This document shows, one piece after another, positions 15,790 through 20,046 of a DNA stretch of 20,046 nt. The notes under the pieces were generated by a model. It saw only the letters and a program-made list of their open reading frames with translations, did not search any database and had not been told where the DNA came from. The DNA is taken from positions 1 through 20,046 of the forward strand of contig JACPCX010000138.1 of the NCBI GenBank assembly GCA_016184305.1. The letters run 5' to 3'. Origin of the DNA: Candidatus Rokuibacteriota bacterium (GTDB taxonomy: Bacteria; Methylomirabilota; Methylomirabilia; Rokubacteriales; CSP1-6). Every line of letters starts with the position of its first letter. Within the stretch, counting starts at the first letter, position 1. The position numbers and the translations under genes were made by a program.

Positions 15790-16938
15790 ATGGCGACCAC
15801 GGTGATCCTGGGGGGCGGAGTCGGGGGTCTCGTCACCGCCAGCACGCTGAGGCGCCGGCTCGACCGGACGCACCGCATCATCCTGGTCGAGCGCCAGCGC
15901 CAGCACGTCTTCACCCCCTCCTTCCTGTGGATGATGCTCGGCTGGCGCGAGCCCCACGAGATCGCCCGTGACCTCGCGAGCCTCGAGCGCAAGGGGATCG
16001 AGGTCGTCCAGGACGAGATCCGCGAGATCGATCCCGTTGCGCGTCAGGTGAAGACCGAGCGCCGCACGCTCTCCGGCGACTACCTCGTCCTGGCGCTTGG
16101 CGCCGAGGGGTGGCTCGGCGGCATCCCGGGCCTGGCCAGCGCCGGCCACAACGTCTACGATCTCGAGGGCGCGCTGGGGCTGCGCGATGCCCTGCGCCAG
16201 TTCCGCGAGGGGCGCGTGGCGGTGCTCATCGCGGGGCTGCCGTTCAGGTGCCCGGCGGCGCCCTACGAGGCCGCCATGCTGATCGAGGCCTCGCTCAGCC
16301 GGCGCGGGCTTCGCGAGCGGGCGCAGGTGGACGTCTACACCCCCGAGACGCTGCCCATGCCCGTCGCGGGCCGCGCGATGGGGGAAGCCGTGAAGGGGCT
16401 GGTCGAGAGCCGCGGGGTCGGCTTCCATCCACAGCACAAGGTGGTGGCCGTGGATCCGGAGCGGCGGGAGCTGGCGTTCGAGAACGGCGCCAGGGCTGGC
16501 TACGACCTGCTCGTCGTGATCCCGCCGCACCGGTGCGCCCCCGTCGTGAAGGAGGCGGGGCTCACCGTCGAGCCCGGCTGGGTGCCGGTGGACAAGGGGA
16601 CGCTCCAGACGAGCTACGAGCGCGTCTTCGCCATCGGGGACACGACGCTGATCAAGTTGCCCGTGGGGCTGCCGCTGCCGAAGGCGGGCGTCTTCGCCCA
16701 TGGCCAGGGCGAGGTGGTGGCCGAGAACATCGCCGCGGAGGTCGCCGGAGGGAGCGGCGCGCGGCGCTTCGACGGCTTCGGCTCCTGCATCATCGAGATG
16801 GGCCACGGGGTGGCCGCCTACGCGAAGGGCAACTTCTACGCGGAGCCCGCGCCCGCGATGACGATGCGCTCGCCGAGCCGGCTCTGGCACTGGGGGAAGA
16901 TCTACTTCGAGAAGCGGTGGCTGCGGCGGTGGTTCTGA
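15790..16938 (+). CDS. Sulfide:quinone oxidoreductase-like FAD-dependent disulfide oxidoreductase (type III SQR-like)
   Basis: GGGVGG Rossmann motif, FRCPAAPYE, FAIGD, LPKAGVFA, distal Cys in GSCIIEMG, C-terminal amphipathic WHWGKIYFEKRWL. Confidence 0.85.
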   Translation: MATTVILGGGVGGLVTASTLRRRLDRTHRIILVERQRQHVFTPSFLWMMLGWREPHEIARDLASLERKGIEVVQDEIREIDPVARQVKTERRTLSGDYLVLALGAEGWLGGIPGLASAGHNVYDLEGALGLRDALRQFREGRVAVLIAGLPFRCPAAPYEAAMLIEASLSRRGLRERAQVDVYTPETLPMPVAGRAMGEAVKGLVESRGVGFHPQHKVVAVDPERRELAFENGARAGYDLLVVIPPHRCAPVVKEAGLTVEPGWVPVDKGTLQTSYERVFAIGDTTLIKLPVGLPLPKAGVFAHGQGEVVAENIAAEVAGGSGARRFDGFGSCIIEMGHGVAAYAKGNFYAEPAPAMTMRSPSRLWHWGKIYFEKRWLRRWF

Positions 16939-16977
16939 CGCGATGCTCGCGCCCGTGACGGAGAAGGAGCCGCACCG

Positions 16978-18867
16978 GTGATCCCGAAGGCGATGGCGGC
17001 GTACCTGGCCGAGCGGCTGCCCGAGCGTGCCCTGGAGAACCGCCTGGTGCGCGACGGAGGCTTGCGCTTCGTGGAGTTCGGCTCCACCGACGTGGACAGG
17101 CTGGCGCGGCTCGGGATCGAGGTGGACCCGCTCGGCCCGCAGCTCTGCGTGTGCATGTGGGACGAGGCCTCCGCGCTCCCGATCGGCGGCTACCTCGTCG
17201 TGGACAACCTGGCCATGGGCCGGCCGGCCATGGGCGGCATCCGCATGCTGCCCGACCTCAACCCCGACGTCGTCCACAACCTCGCGCGCGGCATGACCCT
17301 CAAGAACGCGGCGGCGCACCTGCCCTATGGCGGCGGCAAGTCCGGCATCGTTTCCCCGGGCGATGATCTCTCTCCGGACGCGCGCACCGAGGTGGTGCGG
17401 GGCTTCGCCCGCCTGCTCTCGCGCTACCGCGACCTCTACCTGCCCGGGCCGGACGTGGGCACCAACGACGCCGACATGAAGACCATCGCCGTCGAGAACG
17501 GTCTGGACAGCGCCGTCTCCAAGCCGGCCGACATGGGCGGCAACCGCATCGACCAGCTGGGCGCGGCTGCGGGAGGCATCGTCATCGCGCTGGAGGCGCT
17601 ACTCCGGGAGATGCCCCGCCTCCGCGTCCTGCCCCAGTTCAGCACGCTCCAGGTGCCGCCGCGCGAGGCGCTCACCGTGCTCATCCAGGGCTTCGGCGCG
17701 GTCGGAGCCCACGCCGCGCACATGCTGAGCGAGCGGCTGCCCGGCGCCAGGGTCGTGGGCATCAGCGACGCCGCCGGCTATCTCTACGATGAGGCCGGCC
17801 TGCCGGTGGACGCGCTGTTCCGCCGCTGGCAGGCTGAGAGCGTGGTGACGCGGCCGTATTTCCTCGAGCAGGTGACGGCCGCGGGGGGGACGGCCGCCGG
17901 CCCCCGTGCTCTCCGGTTCACGTATTCGAGCCAGCCGAACGACTTGCTGCGCGAGAGCGCCTTCTGTCTGATCCCGGCCGCCCCCGTCGCCAACTACCTC
18001 GGCACCGATCCGGCCTCGCAGCCGTCCATGACGGTGGACCGGATGGGACGCTGGACGGTGAGCGTGGAGGGCGCCAACACCTACTCGCCGGATCCCGCGC
18101 GGAAGGCAGCGCGCGCCCGCATGGAGCGGGCTGTCTACCGGCAGCGGGGTGTGCTGATCGCCACCGACTATCTCGTGAACTCGGGCGGCGTGATCTTCGC
18201 GGCCCAGGAACTGCTCATCCAGACGCCGGAGAGTCTGCGCATCCCGCAGGCCATGCTCGGCGACCGGGCCGCCGTCGAGCGCTGGCTCGCCGAGCATGCC
18301 GCCGAGCTCCAGGCGCTGGCCGAGAGGCGGCGGGCCGCCGCGGAGGCGTACCGCGACGACGTGATCCGCCGGAACATGCATGAGCTGGTGGACCTCCTGG
18401 TCTCCGACGCCGACATGCTCCCCGGCGAGGCGGCCGAGCGCATCAGCGTCCGGCGCATCGCCACGCGAGAGAGCGGCCGCACCGCCGCCGACCTCATGGA
18501 GCCCATCCCGACCGTCGCCGTCACCTGCACGTTTCGCCAGGCGGCGGCCAGGCTCGTGGAGGCCCACAGCCCCATCGCGGCCGTCGTCGGCCCCCAGGGC
18601 GACCTCGTCGGCGTCGTGACCGAGTGGGACGTGACGCGCGCCACCGCCCAGGGCGCCCCCCTGGACGAAGCCGTCACCGAGATCATGACCCGCCAGGTCA
18701 TCGCGGTGGCCCCCGGCGACGGCATCCTGGACATGGTGCGCAAGCTCGAGCACCATGACATCTCGGCCATGCCGGTGGTGGCCGGCAGCGTGGTGCGGGG
18801 GATGGTCACCGCCGATCTGCTGGCCCGGCGCTCGCTCTTCCGGCTGCTGCAGTCGCAGCCGGAGTGA
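16978..18867 (+). CDS. Glu/Leu/Phe/Val dehydrogenase-family protein fused to a C-terminal CBS domain pair
   Basis: GGIRM, MTLKNA, GGGKSG, GPDVGT, QGFGAVG, EGAN and VNSGGV motifs; CBS motifs LVGVVTEWDV and HDISAMPVV...GMVT. Confidence 0.88.
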   Translation: MIPKAMAAYLAERLPERALENRLVRDGGLRFVEFGSTDVDRLARLGIEVDPLGPQLCVCMWDEASALPIGGYLVVDNLAMGRPAMGGIRMLPDLNPDVVHNLARGMTLKNAAAHLPYGGGKSGIVSPGDDLSPDARTEVVRGFARLLSRYRDLYLPGPDVGTNDADMKTIAVENGLDSAVSKPADMGGNRIDQLGAAAGGIVIALEALLREMPRLRVLPQFSTLQVPPREALTVLIQGFGAVGAHAAHMLSERLPGARVVGISDAAGYLYDEAGLPVDALFRRWQAESVVTRPYFLEQVTAAGGTAAGPRALRFTYSSQPNDLLRESAFCLIPAAPVANYLGTDPASQPSMTVDRMGRWTVSVEGANTYSPDPARKAARARMERAVYRQRGVLIATDYLVNSGGVIFAAQELLIQTPESLRIPQAMLGDRAAVERWLAEHAAELQALAERRRAAAEAYRDDVIRRNMHELVDLLVSDADMLPGEAAERISVRRIATRESGRTAADLMEPIPTVAVTCTFRQAAARLVEAHSPIAAVVGPQGDLVGVVTEWDVTRATAQGAPLDEAVTEIMTRQVIAVAPGDGILDMVRKLEHHDISAMPVVAGSVVRGMVTADLLARRSLFRLLQSQPE

Positions 18868-18962
18868 GCGCCGCCCGTCCATTCCCGGGTGCCAGCCACT
18901 ACCGGGGACCTCTCCGGGGCCTGTACCTCTGCGGGTTGTCGTCGGGCGCCGACTCCCATTGA
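18864..18962 (+). pseudogene. Short remnant resembling the C-terminal motif of phytoene-desaturase-like FAD oxidoreductases
   Basis: Translates ARPFPGASHYRGPLRGLYLCG, similar to the RPxPGxxxYRTPxxGLYLCG motif, then stops at 18960-18962. Confidence 0.5.
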
Positions 18963-19132
18963 GACTCGGCTGCGCGCCCGGTGATGGCCACCGATGATCT
19001 GGAGCGGCCCCGTCGTGGGTACGCCCCTGGCGACCTGGGCTCGACCGCGTCCCGCGGCAATATCGAGTCCCGGCTGACACCTCGGGTGGGGTGGCGCGGC
19101 CGCCCCGCGTCCAGGGAAATCGCCGCCGACCG

Positions 19133-19160
19133 TGGTAGACTGATGGCATGAAGACTACCA
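19133..19160 (+). promoter_or_regulatory. TA promoter/operator: extended -10 and autoregulatory palindrome
   Basis: TGG-TAGACT (19133-19141) ends 6 nt before ATG 19148; inverted repeat TGGTAGACT / AGACTACCA. Confidence 0.55.
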
Positions 19161-19405
19161 TTGACAAGGCAGGCAGGGTGGTGATTCCAGTGGCCATCCG
19201 CAACAAGGTGGGGCTGCGGCCGGGCGCGGAGCTCGATGTGCTGGTCGACGAGGGGTCGATCCGCCTCGTGCGTGCGGTGTCGAGGCCCAAGCTGGTGCGC
19301 GTCGGGAGGCGTCTGGTGGCCCGCCCCACGGTGGATCCGAGGCGGCTCCCCTCCATCGACGTGGCGCGGGTGATCGAGGAAGAGCGGAATCGATGGCCGC
19401 ACTGA
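19148..19405 (+). CDS. AbrB/MazE/SpoVT family antitoxin (VapB-like)
   Basis: MKTTIDKAGRVVIPVAIRNKVGLRPG swapped-hairpin motif; overlaps the PIN gene. Confidence 0.92.
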   Translation: MKTTIDKAGRVVIPVAIRNKVGLRPGAELDVLVDEGSIRLVRAVSRPKLVRVGRRLVARPTVDPRRLPSIDVARVIEEERNRWPH

Positions 19406-19872
19406 CACCGGCCTTCCTGGACACCAGCGTCCTCGTCGCCGGCCTGATCGAGATCGGTGGGCCCTCGGAATACCCGCAGCGGATCATGACAGCGATCGCG
19501 GGGGGACAGGTCCGACGGGCCGTCACGGCCTGGCACTGCTGCCTGGAGTTCTATTCCGTCACGACGCGGCTTCCGGAAGAATTCCGGCTCGCTCCCGAGG
19601 AGGCGCTCCGCCTGGTCGAGGAGGAGGTCATCGGGAGGCTCGAGGTGCGGCAGCTCTCGGACCGGGACCGGGAAGGCTTCCTCCGGGCTCTCGAGCAGGA
19701 GCGCGTGATCGGCGGTCGTGTCTACGATGCCCACATCGCCGAGGTGGCCCGTGTCTCCGGCGCACGGGTTATCGTCACCGACAACCGCCGCCACTTCCTG
19801 TCCCTGGGGCGCCACGGGATCCGCGTGCTTGGCGCCGAGGAGTTCGTCAAGGCCGCCGGTCTGGGCCGCTGA
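19393..19872 (+). CDS. vapC: PIN-domain ribonuclease toxin (VapC family)
   Basis: FLDTSVL, conserved E in CCLEF, YDAHIA and IVTDNRRHF PIN acidic residues. Confidence 0.9.
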   Translation: MAALTPAFLDTSVLVAGLIEIGGPSEYPQRIMTAIAGGQVRRAVTAWHCCLEFYSVTTRLPEEFRLAPEEALRLVEEEVIGRLEVRQLSDRDREGFLRALEQERVIGGRVYDAHIAEVARVSGARVIVTDNRRHFLSLGRHGIRVLGAEEFVKAAGLGR

Positions 19873-20046
19873 GCCCAAGGCGCGACTCTTCCCCGGTCGC
19901 GTGGGGACGGCGGCCCCGTAGCGATCACATTGCGCCCTGTGAATCGCCGATGCCCTTCGTCCTTGCGCCGCGAAGCCCTCGAAAACTCAGCTGAGGCGAG
20001 CCGGCGACGCGTTCCGGCCATGCAATTCGGCCTTGCGCCCCCGCCC

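Noticed and set aside
15679..19878. Long antisense ORFs (546 aa and 759 aa) and similar shadow ORFs across the window
   Set aside because: Expected by-products of high-GC codon bias opposite well-supported genes; no motifs
19873..20046. Possible ORF or element at the window end
   Set aside because: No recognisable motif, repeat or RNA; truncated by the window edge

Overview
This is a GC-rich bacterial window. Candidatus Rokubacteria/Methylomirabilota is a plausible source, but that is inference from gene content and a palindromic repeat. The left third looks like core genome: the 3' end of a 5S rRNA plus terminator, an M50 protease and yacG, a DUF47/Pit phosphate operon with an LpxL-like acyltransferase, a LysM lytic transglycosylase, a MoaD/ThiS carrier, two small Cys-motif genes behind a sigma54-type promoter, and a Tim44-domain protein. 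The main finding is an apparent ArsR-headed operon at 8782-18867 with two cryptic selenoproteins that the ORF track truncates. The first is a DsrE/YchN-type sulfur-relay protein whose active-site CxxC reads UxxC (TGA 9374-9376), followed at once by a bacterial SECIS-like hairpin. The second is a DUF2892/YgaP-type membrane protein with TGA at its conserved Cys (14842-14844), a second SECIS-like hairpin, and a 2-nt frameshift just upstream. They sit with DsrF/DsrH-like partners, an MMPL-RND/LolA-like/outer-membrane beta-barrel triad, a SAM methyltransferase, an SQR-like flavoprotein and an amino-acid dehydrogenase-CBS fusion. Together these suggest a selenocysteine-based sulfur/selenium relay and export system (inference). 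An AbrB/VapC toxin-antitoxin pair ends the window.
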